DNA from: the human T2T-CHM13v2.0 reference genome, Homo sapiens
Assembly: GCF_009914755.1 (NCBI RefSeq)
Contig: NC_060932.1
Strand: one strand, 5' to 3'
Length of the DNA: 64,000 nt
The notes under the pieces are model-generated. The model ran no database searches. It was not told the DNA's origin and worked only from the letters and a program-made list of their open reading frames with translations. The position numbers and the translations under genes are program-made. Of this stretch, positions 48,902 through 63,182 are shown piece after piece (position 1 is the stretch's first letter; each line of letters begins with the position of its first letter).

Positions 48902-50663
48902 TCAACTCTCCTAATGATTATTTTCAAGTGTTATTATTTTAATATCTGCCTTAGAAAAACTCATTTGTGATCTGATTCTTCTACGTGGCTACAAATGCAT
49001 GAAAGACCAAAGGACTGCACTAAAATATATGAGAAAATAGATACTTTTCTAAACTCAGAGTTTTCCAACTTATAAATTCCAGTTCTTTCCTCTTAGGTTT
49101 CTTAAGGAATTAGCTGAAGTCATCATAAGCCACTAATAATTATTTTCAAGACCTGGGGGATTGGCCAGTTGCCAATGGGCTAGTAGTTGTAAGTGCTTAG
49201 AACCACAAGGAAGGAAAATAACAATGTTAGAAATTATAGATTCAAAACATCAACTATATAACTCAGAAAATATTGATAAATACTTCAGACAAATAGGTTA
49301 TTTTGCATGTCAGTTTTATAGTTTTGCCTTTTTATCATAAAAGTATGAGATAAGATTGATTAAAATGAAAAAACCAAGATAAATTAGTAAATTTATCTAA
49401 AGTAGGTAATATTGGTAACGCTTGAAACTAAGGTCTTCGGCCTTTTATGACCATTCTGAGGCAGTATCACACTAAGTACTTATCTGTTGATCCAGGTACC
49501 TTTTCTTCATGCATTACCAGATTTAGGAAATGAAAGCCTGATGAATCTTTTCTTTTTTTTCCCCACCCCCGCAACAACTGCATAGGCAGTGTGGCTACTT
49601 CCGGGTACCCAATTATTCTTGCTTCAAGGTATGCACTCAATCACATGCCCCTCTGTTTGTAATACAACAGATCATTAACATAAACTTAAAAATAAACTCC
49701 AGTCTAGACCTGCTGATTCTTTTAACAGCATAAAATATCAAACCCATATGTAAGCATTATTATAAACTGCTGTTCTGAAATGTCAGGAAACTATTGTCCC
49801 AGAGACAGTGAATCATTAGAGCCACATAATTAGTTAGTTTTAAAGCAAAAATGTGTAACAGGAAAGAGATATTTGGCATGTCACTTGCAATTTGCTGGTT
49901 CTCCTCTGTTCTTGAGAATTCTTACACCAAAAGGAACAAACCAACTATACCAGGCAAATGAAAATTCAGGATAAAATTGATCAATAAACTTACCTGTGCT
50001 TTTACAACACCAGCACAGACAATTAGTTTGGGACTCTCTGGATCAAAAATGAAATGCAAGGTAAAGCTGCATTTACTTCCTGTGTTTTTCTTTGTGGTTA
50101 TCAAATTACAACCTTGCTTTCAATGGCATCCACAGAAATGTTTTCATTTCCTCTTGAACAAGTAATGGTTAAAGACCAGATACTGATTTCCAAGATTTCC
50201 CACATAGTTAAAACCTTCTTACATGTATGATGGCACACATGAAAACTTGAAAGGGTCAACCATCTTCTTATTTCTCAGGGACGACGCTAGGTCATAATGT
50301 GGCATGTTTACCCGTTTTCCTATCTATGTGGAGAAAATTTCACAAAGGCCATTTCCAGCCTTTAAAATACTAACAGTCATGTTGGTGGTGAGGAACATTT
50401 GATTTGGTCAGGCCTGTCTCTGCAAGGTAAGGTTGAAATCTGGCAAGTTTGAGCTGTGAAGAAGACAACCATTCTTTATAATTCTGAGAGAATATACATT
50501 TATTTCCTTTATAGGGTAAAGAAACCCAAAATTAATTTAATCACATCTTTAATAAGTTATTTCAATTTTCATATTAATCAGATTTGTAATGCCACTAACA
50601 GTGATCTTATTGAAAGAGTAAGCATGCAACAAATGTAGAATTAATGTTCAAATTTGAATTAGC

Positions 50664-50960
<297 letters not shown>

Positions 50961-51204
50961 TTGAATTAGCTTTTAATGTTTGAACCTCTTTTGGGCATTT
51001 ATTATGTGCTTTACAGTAAGCTAAGTACTTTATCTACATTATGTTGGTTACCCCTCATTAATAATCCTGAGTTAAGGAGAAAAGGATTGTCTATGTTACA
51101 CATATATTCTCTACATTAGCATTCCCTAATATGTTCCCTAGATGATTAGTTTTAAAAAACATCCAATGAAAATGAGAGCCCTGTGGTCAAATCTGTTATC
51201 TCCT

Positions 51205-53030
51205 CTTAGACATTTAAAACAAGGCAAAGATGTTCCCTTTACTACTTAAGTTCAGCGTTGCCCTGGAGATTCTAGCCAGTGAAATTAAGCAAGAAAAAGA
51301 TGTACAGTTACTCAAGATCAGAAAGGAAGAAGTATAATTTTATTTGCAAATGCCACGATTGCCAATATAGAAAATCCTACAGTGTCTTAAAAAAAATCTA
51401 CCAGAACTCAGAAGTGAGTTTAGTCAGGTTGCAAGATAGAATATCAATTATACAAAAATCAACTGTATTTCTAAATACTAGCAACAAACAATTGGAAGTT
51501 AAAATGTAAAGGAAACCATTTATATAACTCAGAAACAAAAAGTCAAATATCGCATGTTCTCACTTATAAGTGGGGACTAAGCAATGGGTACACATGGACG
51601 TACAGAGGGAAATAATAAACATTGGAGACTTCAACAGATGGGAGGGTGGGGGGTAGAGAGGGATAAAAAATTACCTATCGAGTATAATGTACACTATTTG
51701 GGTGATGAGTATGCTAAAAGCCCAGACTTCATCACTACACAGTATATCCATGTAACAAATCTGCACTTGTAACTTCTAACTCTATTTTTTTTAAAAAAGA
51801 TTAATGATAGGCTGTTTTTCTATCAGTGAATGGAAGTGTATGACAAAGAAACACCTTTGTAAGCTAACCCTTAGAATATGTTATTATAACATGTTTCTTT
51901 CTCCATTGGGTCCTATTAAGCCAACCAGAGAAATACAGCAATAAAAGGCAAATGTAAGCATGCTTTCTTTAAAAAAATTAAAAGAAACCATTTACAATAG
52001 CATAAAAAAAATGAGATACTTAGGATATGTATTTTGAAAGTAGAGGGAGGTTTATAGGCTGAAAACTACAAGACACGAGTTAGAGAAATTAAAGAAGACC
52101 TAAATAAGTGGAGACATATACCAAGTTGATGAATTGGAATGTCAGTATCAATAAGATGTAATTTCTCCCCAAATTCACCTTTGGAGTCAACAAAATCTTA
52201 ATTAAAATCCCAGAAGACTTTTCTGCAGAAATTAACAAGTTTTATACAAACTTTAAAATTTGTATGAAAGTGCAAAGGACCTTGAGAAGCCAAAGCCATT
52301 TTTGGAAAAGAATAAAGTTGGAGAACTCACACTACCTGATTTCAAGATCATAATGCTGTAAAGCTATGGTAATCAGTGTGTGGCAGTGGCCTAAAGATAA
52401 ACATATATATATATAAACCCTTTTACAAAAGTGCCAAGAAAATTGAATGGGAATATAGTTTTTTCAAATAATTACCATATAACCCAGGAATCCCACTCCT
52501 AGGTGTTTTCCAAAGGCAATAAAAACATTATGTTCACACAGAGCTCTGTTTAACGAGTATTATAGCAGCTTTATTCATAATAGTCATAAACTGAAAACAA
52601 CCCAAAAGCCCACCAACTGCTGAAAGGATAGACAAGTTGTAGTACATTCATGCAACTTAATACCACTTAGCAATAAAAAGGAATTAATTACTGATACATG
52701 CAACATCAAGATGAATCTAGAAACATTATGTTAAGTAGGAGAAATCAGATACAAAAGCTACAAACCAAATGATTGTATGACAGTCTGGAAAAGGCCAAAT
52801 TATAGGGCCAGAAATCAGATCAGTATTTGCCATGGGCTGGGGATGAGGATAGGTTAATGACTACAAAGAAGATGGAAATAACTTTTTGGAATTATGAAAA
52901 TGTTCTGTCTCTTGACTGTGGGAGTCGTTATACAACTGTATACGTTTGTCAAAACTCAAAACAATTATACATTTTAAATGGGCAAATTTTACTCCACGTA
53001 GATTGTATCTCAAAAAACGTAATGAGAAAA
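51205..53030 (+). mobile_element. Old L1 (L1M-type) ORF2/3'UTR fragments
   Basis: aacaaggcaaagatg, tacaaaaatcaactgtatttcta, gaaattaaagaagacctaaataagtggag, aattaccatataacccagg. Confidence 0.8.
51523..51799 (+). mobile_element. L1PB4-like 3' end nested in the older L1
   Basis: catgttctcacttataagtggg...aattaccta..ctaaaagcccagacttcatcacta..ccatgtaacaaatctgcacttgta. Confidence 0.85.
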
Positions 53031-53254
53031 AAAGGCTCAGAAATGCTTCATTAAGAAACTAGTCTAAATGTTTTTTTAACTCATAGTTTTCTAAGATTAT
53101 TTGTTATTTAAAATTTATTTGCTACTTCTTTGACCATCCTGTAGAAGTCTCTATCATGCTCAACTATATTAATTCTGGAATGTTAATCCAAAAGATATTT
53201 ACTGCTACAGTACACACAAAAAGGCAATATAATAAATTAATAATTATAAAAAGA

Positions 53255-53327
53255 AAGAAAGTTTCTTAAATTAATTTTAGGATTATAGATAAGAAAGTTT
53301 CTTAAAGTAATTTTTAGGATTATGGAT
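53255..53327 (+). repeat. 36-37 bp tandem duplication
   Basis: aagaaagtttcttaaattaattttaggattatagat / aagaaagtttcttaaagtaatttttaggattatggat. Confidence 0.9.
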
Positions 53328-53409
53328 ATAATAGAGGCATAATATTCCACATGTTTGAGTACTACCTGTAGAGAACAAGTATAGAATAGTTGCCAAGAGA
53401 AAAGTATTC

Positions 53410-54095
53410 ACATTTAAGGAAAGTCTACTATTTATTAGATACCGCAAGAGCTGTTGAGAACACAGAGCTAAAAGACACATTTCTTGCCTTCAGGTTGCTC
53501 AGCAATAAATGTGAGAGAGAGGCAAGTCACCTGATATTGAAAATTAAGTATAATGAATGAGTACTACAGGTGTTTACATAGTTACATGGAAGCACTCAAG
53601 AGGTACCTACAGTTCTAACTCAGAGGAGCAGGCAAGGAATGGCTCAAAGAAAGGTTCCTTGAGGTAGTGCCTGAACGAGGTCTGTTGGCACAGGTTGACT
53701 TTAGGTGGCTACAGAAAGCGGGGGAAGGCAGATAGGAACACTGCAGCAGAAGAAAAAACATGTACAACACAGGTGATATGACCCTTGAGAGAAAACTCAA
53801 GTGGTTCTCCATTGTTGGAATACCATGATTTTTGTGGAGATTTTAATGAGGGCATGACTTAAATTTGGATTTAAAAAGGCAATTCTAATTGCAATGTAGA
53901 GATGTTTGGAAAGGTAAGACTAAAACACAGAAGCCAGGTAGGAGGCCTGTTATGGTGTTTGAGATGGAAAGGTACTATGGGTGGGTATTAACGAACATGG
54001 AAAACATGAGACATATGAGAGAAATATTTAGAAGCCAGATTTGATACTAGTTGAACACTGAGTGAATATTTAGAATGAGGTAAAACAAGGGGTTC
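53410..54095 (+). mobile_element. L2 fragment
   Basis: caaagaaaggttccttgaggtagtg..tgaa; gagaaatatttagaag. Confidence 0.6.
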
Positions 54096-54189
54096 TTTCT
54101 GGGTCCCGTGAAGAAAACACGGAAGTGCAATTCCAGATAAGGATCCTTCTCAAATTACTAGCACTATCCATAAAACAATATTTATACAT

Positions 54190-54253
54190 TTCTATTCCTT
54201 ACAATCTTTATTCCTTATAATTTTTATTCCTCACAATTTTTATTCCCTGCAAT
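54190..54253 (+). repeat. 16 bp minisatellite, 4 copies
   Basis: ttctattccttacaat ctttattccttataat ttttattcctcacaat ttttattccctgcaat. Confidence 0.88.
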
Positions 54254-54504
54254 TCTCTTACAATGTTCAAAAGGCAGGAGATTCTTAAAAACTGTTTGTT
54301 GGATGAATGAACAAATGAACAAACTAGAATAGTGGAGAACTAAATGTTAATAATTTCAGATTCTAGGAATAGGCAGACGAGAGAATTTTTAAATAGAACT
54401 TCAAGAAACTACAATTGTTTCTAAGGCTCTGAAAGTTCAATTTCTTTCAAAGCCTTAAGAGTCAAATCATATGAAACACTTTATAAGACTAAAGACTTAG
54501 TACT

Positions 54505-55172
<668 letters not shown>

Positions 55173-55776
55173 CTATCAAAGTTACTTACATGTACCATTT
55201 CTTTAAATCTTTTCAAAACATTTTTATTTGCATTTCTCTTAAAAGAACTGTTAGAATTTCCCATTCCTATTTTAATAGATCTTATCCTGAAAAAAGCATT
55301 TGCATAATTTGTATACATTTAATAAAACTAACTCATGGTAAATTCTCTACCTACTGTTTAAATTATTTTAAATATTTTCTGTTCTTCCCGAGATGCCCAT
55401 TCCTATTCTTACCCCTCTCATTTTCAGTCAAAGACCTCACTTCTCACTTTACTAACAAAATAAAGTCATCTAGCCTGAACTCCCTCATTTGCCTTCTCTA
55501 TGCCTCCCAAACGACTGGAAGGAGATTTTCCTCAACAGGAGTTTATTTCAATAGTTCCAGTGAAAGTGATTGATTTTGGGGTATATCAGACAAAAAACTA
55601 AACATATACCTTCCTGATATTGTAGTACACAAATTGAATGTGGAACATAAAAGATGAGGTGGACATGCAACCTGACTTTGAGTGATTCAATTACAGTGAG
55701 GAAACTGAAGTCCAAAGAAGTTAAATAAACAGTCAGTGTAACCAAGGGCTTTTCTTCACTTTAAAAGTTACCTCCA

Positions 55777-55938
55777 GGTTCGTCGATTGTAAGAAATGTA
55801 CCACTTAGGTGAGGGATGTTGATGAGGGAGGCTATGCATATTTGGGGGTAGGGGATATATAGGAAATCTCTATACCTTCCTCTCAATTTTGCTTTGAACC
55901 TAAAACTGCTCTAAAAAGATAAAGTCTTTTAAAAAAAA
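55777..55938 (+). mobile_element. L1MC-type 3' end
   Basis: caattttgctttgaacctaaaactgctctaaaaa..taaagtct; TSD aaaagttacctcca / aaaagtccctcca. Confidence 0.85.
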
Positions 55939-56106
55939 GTCCCTCCAAGCTCTAAAATATATTGTCCTATGATTAAACAGAAAGTCTATGAATAGGTTAT
56001 GGGTAAGAGAAAGACAAAGGCTAAATAAATTGGCCACGATTTATCAAATTAAAAGTAGACTAGGGTTATTTAAAATCTAGCTATGAATAGGTTAAAAATA
56101 AAGAAG

Positions 56107-56422
56107 ACCAGGTGAGGTGGCTCACGCCTGTAATCCCAGCACTTTGGGAGGCCGAGGCAGGTGGAACACGAGGTCAGGAGATCGAGACCATCCTGGCTAA
56201 CACTGTGAAACCCAGTCTCTACTAAAATACAAAAAATTAGCCGGGTGTGGTGGTGGGCGCCTGTAGTCCCAGTTACTCGGGAGACTGAGGCAGGCAGGAG
56301 AATGGCGTGAACCTAGGAGGCAGAGCTTGCAGTGAGTTGAGATCCGGCCACTGCACTCCAGCCTGGGCGACTGAGCGAGACTCCGTCTCAAAAAAAAAAA
56401 AAAAAATAATAATAATAATAAA
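56107..56422 (+). mobile_element. AluY with A/(TAA)n tail
   Basis: gagatcgagaccatcctggctaacac, gaatggcgtgaacc, gagcttgcag. Confidence 0.94.
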
Positions 56423-56686
56423 GAAATATATTAGTGTGTATGTTGACTTATTCGGAAAATATTTACTGAGGGCCTTTTGTGTGCCAGGAAGTGTTCTGGG
56501 CTGTGGGGATACAATAGTGAACAAAACAAATAATAATCCTCCTTTTTGGGTTTATATTCTAGTGAGGGGCGATGAAAACATACAACTAAATAAACTGTGC
56601 ATTATATCAAAGAGTGAGAAGTGTCATGGAATAACAAAGCAGAAAGGGGCATAGTAATTGGCCAGGAGTAGGGTGGAGGCTACGAA

Positions 56687-56891
<205 letters not shown>

Positions 56892-57086
56892 TTATTAGCA
56901 GTTTGCTGTAAAGCCTTATATTTAGGCCTGAGATAGAAGCTGTTGGAGGATTTTTGAGTAAAGAAATAATCTAATCTAACTTATCTTTTAAAGGGCCCAT
57001 TCTGGCTTTTATATTGACTATAAGAGGACAAGGTGAAGCAGGAATCAGTAAAAAGGCAGTTGCAATAATCTAGGTGAGAGACAGAA

Positions 57087-57540
57087 TGTCATGCACATCT
57101 GTGTAAAGAGACCATGAGCAGGCTTTGTGTGAGCAACAAGGCTTTTTATTTCACCTGGGTGCAGGGGGGCTGAACCCGAAAAAGGAGTCAGCAAAGGGTG
57201 GTGAGATTATCATTAGTTCTTATAGGTTTGGGATAGGTGTACAAAGTACATTCTTAAGGGTGGGGGAGAATATTACAAAGTACCTTCTTAATTGGCTGGG
57301 GAGAATATTACAAAGTACCTTCTTAAGGTGGGGGAAGAATATTACAAAGTATCTTTTTAAGGGCAGGGGAGAATATATGTATCAGTTAAGGTGGGCAGGA
57401 ACAAATCACAATGGTGGAATGTCATCAGTTAAGGCTATTTTCACTTATTTTGCAGATCTTCAGTTGCTTCAGGCCATCTGGATGTATATGTGCAGGTCAC
57501 AGGGGATATGATGGCTTCACTTGGGCTCAGAGGCCTGACA
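57087..57540 (-). mobile_element. HERV-H solo LTR (LTR7B-like)
   Basis: TG..CA ends; ttgggctcagaggcctgaca, tttatttcacctgggtgcagg and four ~34 bp internal repeats. Confidence 0.93.
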
Positions 57541-57563
57541 TAGATGTGGTAGGAAGTGGTTAA

Positions 57564-58075
57564 TGCTGAGAGCAGCTCGGTTGGGGAGACCCTAACCCAG
57601 TGGCACTAGAGGAATGAAAGACACACACACAGAAATATAGAGTGTGGAGAGGGAAATCAGGGGTCTCACAGCCTTCAGAGCTGAGAGCCTCGAACAGAGA
57701 TTTACCCACATATTTATTGATAGCAAGCCAGTGATAAACATCGTTTCTACAGATTATAGATTAACTAAAAGTATTCCTTGAGAGAAACAAAGGGATGGGC
57801 CATAATAAAGGGATGGGCTCTGGCTAGTTATCTGCAGCAGGAGCATGTCCTTAAGGCATGGATCGCTCATGCTATTGTTTGTGGTTTAAGAATGCCTTTA
57901 AGCGGTTTTCTGCCCTGGGTGGGCCAGGTATTCCTTGCCCTCATTCCGGTAAACCCACAACCTTCCAGTGTGGCTGTCATGGCCATCACGAATATGTCAC
58001 AGTGCTGCAGAGATTTTGTTTATGGCCAGTTTTGGGGCCAGTTTGTGGCCAGATTTTGGGGGTCTATTCCCAACA
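57564..58075 (-). mobile_element. HERV-K(HML-3) solo LTR (MER9)
   Basis: gcagctcggttggggagaccctaaccc...ggccagattttggggg..ttcccaaca; 6 bp TSD ggttaa. Confidence 0.92.
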
Positions 58076-58429
58076 GGTTAAATTCTGGACCTATTTTAAA
58101 GGCAGAGCCAATAGGATTTGTTGACAGATTGGATGTGGAGTACAAGAGAAAGACAAGAAGGTTTTTGGCCTGAACACCTGAAAGGATGGAGTTGCCAAGA
58201 ATCTGGAAGTGGGGACTATGGGAGAAGCTGGCTTAGAGGAGGCTGGAAGAATGGAATATCAGGAGTTCAACTTTAATCATGTTAAGTATGAAATGTTTAT
58301 TAGACACCCAATTGGGGGTGTTAAGTAGGAAGTTGGATACAAGAGTCTGAAGTCAGAGGAGAGGTCTATGCTAGAGACACAAACTTAGAAGTTACTAGCC
58401 AAAAGATGGCATATAAAGCTATGGAACTG

Positions 58430-58567
58430 GGCTAGGTGTAGTGACTCATACCTGTAATCCTAGCCCTTTGGGAGGCCAAGACAGGAAGAATGCTTGAATC
58501 CAAGAGTTCAAGACCAGCAGGGGCAACCTCGGGAGACCTTGTCTCTATTTAAAAAAAAAAAGAAAAT
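58430..58567 (+). mobile_element. FLAM monomer
   Basis: TSD aagctatggaac. Confidence 0.88.
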
Positions 58568-59644
58568 AAGCTATGGAACGGGATGAGTTTATTGAGAGTA
58601 AATAGACAGAAGATGTTCAATGACTCACCTTTGGGGCATTCTAATATTGCCAGGCCAAAGGAACAAATAAAGGAGTTTGAGAAAAAGTGACCAGCAGGTC
58701 AGGAGGAAAACCAAGAGAACATCTTGGAAGCCGCTGTTTAAAATGCTGCTTGTAGATCAACTAAGATGAAGACTGGAAATGAACCAGTGGATTTAGAAAG
58801 ATGAAGGTCATTTCTGTCCTTGATACAACATATCTGGGGGATAGAGGGCACAAAATTCTGATGCAAGTGACAACAACATGTTTTATGCTTATTAGCCAAG
58901 AGAAAAGGAAATGAAGCAGGAGAGAGAAGAACTGCTGGAATGATGGCCTGAGCTGATTAAAAGGCTTGAAGTCTAGTGAACAACTGCAGGGGTTGACCTT
59001 ATGTAGGAGCACAAACAACTCACAAATGAGAATAAAGGCAGAATATATGTTTAGAGAAAACAGCTTATGTTCATTTATTACTACTATTTTTCTTATATTT
59101 ATATTTTCTTTGACATACATTTATTATTTTAAAAGTAAATTACTTCTTTCTGTTTTATTACTGTACATATTTTATTTTTACATGTAATAAAAAAATGGCT
59201 TTGTGGCTTTCCTACTTTCAGTCCAAAAAACCTTTCTGAGCTCAAGCAATTCTAGTGTGCTGTAACACTATTTCAAATGGCAGAAATAACTTGAATTCAC
59301 AGAAGACATTCCAAGACTCTTTACTGTTTTTCCTTAACCATGAAAAAAGTAACCAATATACCTCATAAGGGTATTCCATAAACAGGGATATGCAGGAGTA
59401 TGTGAAGGATAATACTCTTTTTAGTCTGTATTATTTATCCCATGTAATAATATACCCCAGGGTAATATAATACTCTAGAGTAAATAATATACAGGGAGAT
59501 AATATTTGGCATTTGTTATATTTAGGCTAAATAAAATACACTGGTCTTCTTTCCTATGATTCATAATTTGGAGCAAGTAAAGTGATATCAGTAAATTATG
59601 CATACTTTTCAAATATTTTCAGTGATTCATCAGTATCTAAATAT

Positions 59645-59935
59645 CATTATTATTAGATGAGGTCTCACTCTGTTGCCCCGGCTGGAGTGCAGGGGCATGA
59701 TCATAGCTCACTGAAGCCTTGAACTCGGCTCAAGTGATCCTCCTGCCTCAGCCTCCCAAGTACATGGGACTACAGGTACATGCCACCATGCCTGGCTAAT
59801 TTCTTAAGCAAAAATTTGTAAAGACAGGGGTCTCGCTTTGGTGCCCAGGCTGGTCTGGAACTCCTGGCTTTAAGTGATCCTCCTGCCTCAGCATCCCAAA
59901 GTGCTAGGAACAGGTGTCAGCCACCACACCTGGCC
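59645..59935 (-). mobile_element. AluJ
   Basis: tcatagctcactgaagccttgaactc; flanks ctaaatat(c/t)att. Confidence 0.9.
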
Positions 59936-60352
59936 CTAAATATTATTAATAACCTAAATAACCTAAAATACCAGAACTAGCATCGGGTCTCACAAATTCA
60001 AGTTATATGTTAAATATAAATGGGAAACATTATTTTTCAAAAACAGTTACTTTATATAATTCTATTTATAATGTACTCTGTGTGTGTGTGTGTATAAATA
60101 CACGTATATATACGTGTATATATAGTCAGTTACTATTCAGCTACTTTGCATAGTAGCTGAATTTAAGCTTTTAGTCTGGTAAATTTACTAAAACAAAAAA
60201 CAAAGCAAATCCCACATGTGCTATTGATGGTACTACTGAATGTATGACTAGATATCAGTTTTATTGATGAGATAAAAAACATCACCACCTTATCTTTTAT
60301 TAAAATTTAAACAAACACAATTAAAAACAAAGTAAAATAAAACATTAAATTA

Positions 60353-60652
60353 GGCTGGGTGCTGTGGCTCATGCCTAAAATTACCCAGTACTCTGGGAGC
60401 CCAAAGCAGGAGGATCACTTGAGCTCAGGAGTTCGAGACCAGCCTGGGCAATACAGTGAGTCCCTGTCTCTACAAAAAAATTTTAAAAAAATTAGTCAGG
60501 TGTGGTGACACATGCCTGTAGTTCCAGCTACTTGGGGGCCTGAGGCTGGAGGATTGCTTGGGCCCAGGATGCTGAGGCTGCAGTGAGCCATGATCATGCC
60601 ACTGATTCAGCCTGGAGGACAGAGTGAGACCTTTTCTTAAAAAAAAACAAAA
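60353..60652 (+). mobile_element. AluJ
   Basis: TSD acattaaatta. Confidence 0.92.
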
Positions 60653-60658
60653 CACATT

Positions 60659-61496
<838 letters not shown>

Positions 61497-61866
61497 TAGG
61501 ACAGTATAGTTAGTAATAGGGAAAATGCATGACTTGGAAAAGGCCTTAATTACTTTTCTTTACGTAGTCATAGTATTTTAATTAAATAGTAGCTCCATCA
61601 AATTAATCCCTTGAAATTCATTTTATTACAATAATTAGAATGTTCATTCTTTATCATTTTAAACAGAATCATCACTCTGTGTTCTTTGAAAAACCAAAAA
61701 TGGTGGGATAGATTACACATTGCTTTATAATTTACAAGGAGCTTTCCTATTTTTATTCTTTTTTGAGTCTAGCAACCCTGTGAAATTGGTACTAATAAAA
61801 ATTTAGAAAAATATGGCTAGGTCTAAAACTTTTGTCTTCCTATTCTTCACTTGAATGGCCACTTAA

Positions 61867-61977
61867 AAGGTCTCCCTGTGTTGTCCAGGCTGGTTTTGAA
61901 CTCCTGAGCTCAAGTGATCCCTCTGCTTTGGCTTCCCAAAGTGCTGGGATTACAGGCATGAGCCACCAAACCCAGCC
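61867..61977 (-). mobile_element. FLAM / Alu left monomer
   Basis: ggtctccctgtgttgtccaggctgg...caaagtgctgggattacaggcatgagccacc. Confidence 0.85.
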
Positions 61978-62922
61978 TAATTTAATGTTTTATTTTACTT
62001 TATCTCTAATTGTGATTGCTTTAGTTTAAATTTTCAGTTTAAATTATGCTATACATAAAAAAGAGAACAGCAGATGGAAATTTATGTGCATCAGAATTTG
62101 GGAGACTCAAAAAATCAGCATAAATTGTAAGGGATTTTCAAGAAGACTGACTTAGGCCTAAGCTCATCATTGCACAGTGCTTTTTCAAGTACTGTAAACA
62201 TGGCTGCCTGCATCTATAAAAGGTGGCAGAAGCAGGGTGAAATTAAGGAAAAAGGATAGGCTTATTTTGTAAATAGGACTAAGCTACCTTTCTGACTACT
62301 TACATTAGCACATAGTTTATAATCAGACTTTCCTCAGACTCCAATAAAGTTATTTTAAAGCTTTACACAATGTATAAAACTTCAGATGACTCCCAGGAGG
62401 ATAGTGACTATGGTAAACTAAAATTCTGTACTCACTTTTAATGCTGCAATTAAGGGTAGAGCCACATTTCATAGGATCAGTGGCAAACACATGATATTCC
62501 TTCTCCTCTTCTGGGGATGTCCCCAGAGATCCATCACTCAGCTTGATCAAATTAACTGAATCATTGTTCCACTCATTGAGCCAGTGTGTTCACTGCCTAA
62601 AAATTCATAACTGTGCCAGCTGTGGCTATCACTATTATGGTGTGTTTTTTCCTGCTGGCTAATCCCATGCTTTTCAGTGAGCAAAACTATAAGATATTGT
62701 AATTGAGTTTCTCTTCAATTTAGGAAAATTCTTCATGCTGATTTTTTCATGTTGAAATCACTAAAGTACTATACCTTGGGGATAAATTCATGACCTGGCA
62801 AGAATAAGGAACAGAAGCATCTTTAAGAAGGGAATCTAAATTTATACTTCATGAAGTAAGGAAGAAACGTCTGGTTAAACCTGCCTCTATTTCCTCATCC
62901 TCCTGAAGCCACCCCCCCAAAA

Positions 62923-63182
62923 AAATTAATAAGTTTACCAATCTTTTTCTATTTCCAGAAAATAATCCATCAATATTGGTAAAATTAATTTTTAAGAAAA
63001 AATGCATTTTATCTTGGGACAGCATGTGCCACTGACTTAATTATATTCTTCTTCCTCTACCCCCTTTGTTTTTTTTGGTCTTATATAGTGTATTAGTTTG
63101 TTTGGGCAGATGTAACAAAACACCACACACCAGATGGCTTAGATGGAATAAATTCATTTTCTCCCAACTCTGAATACTAGAA
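62923..63182 (+). repeat. Copy 2 of a ~260 bp local duplication (includes an MLT1A end)
   Basis: Colinear with 60659-60922. Confidence 0.92.

Noticed and set aside
57241-57376. CRISPR-like ~34 bp repeats
   Set aside because: Head-to-tail with no unique spacers, and inside a HERV-H LTR in primate DNA
62350-62550. 66 aa minus-strand ORF containing a gtgagt donor
   Set aside because: No convincing acceptor and no recognisable homology
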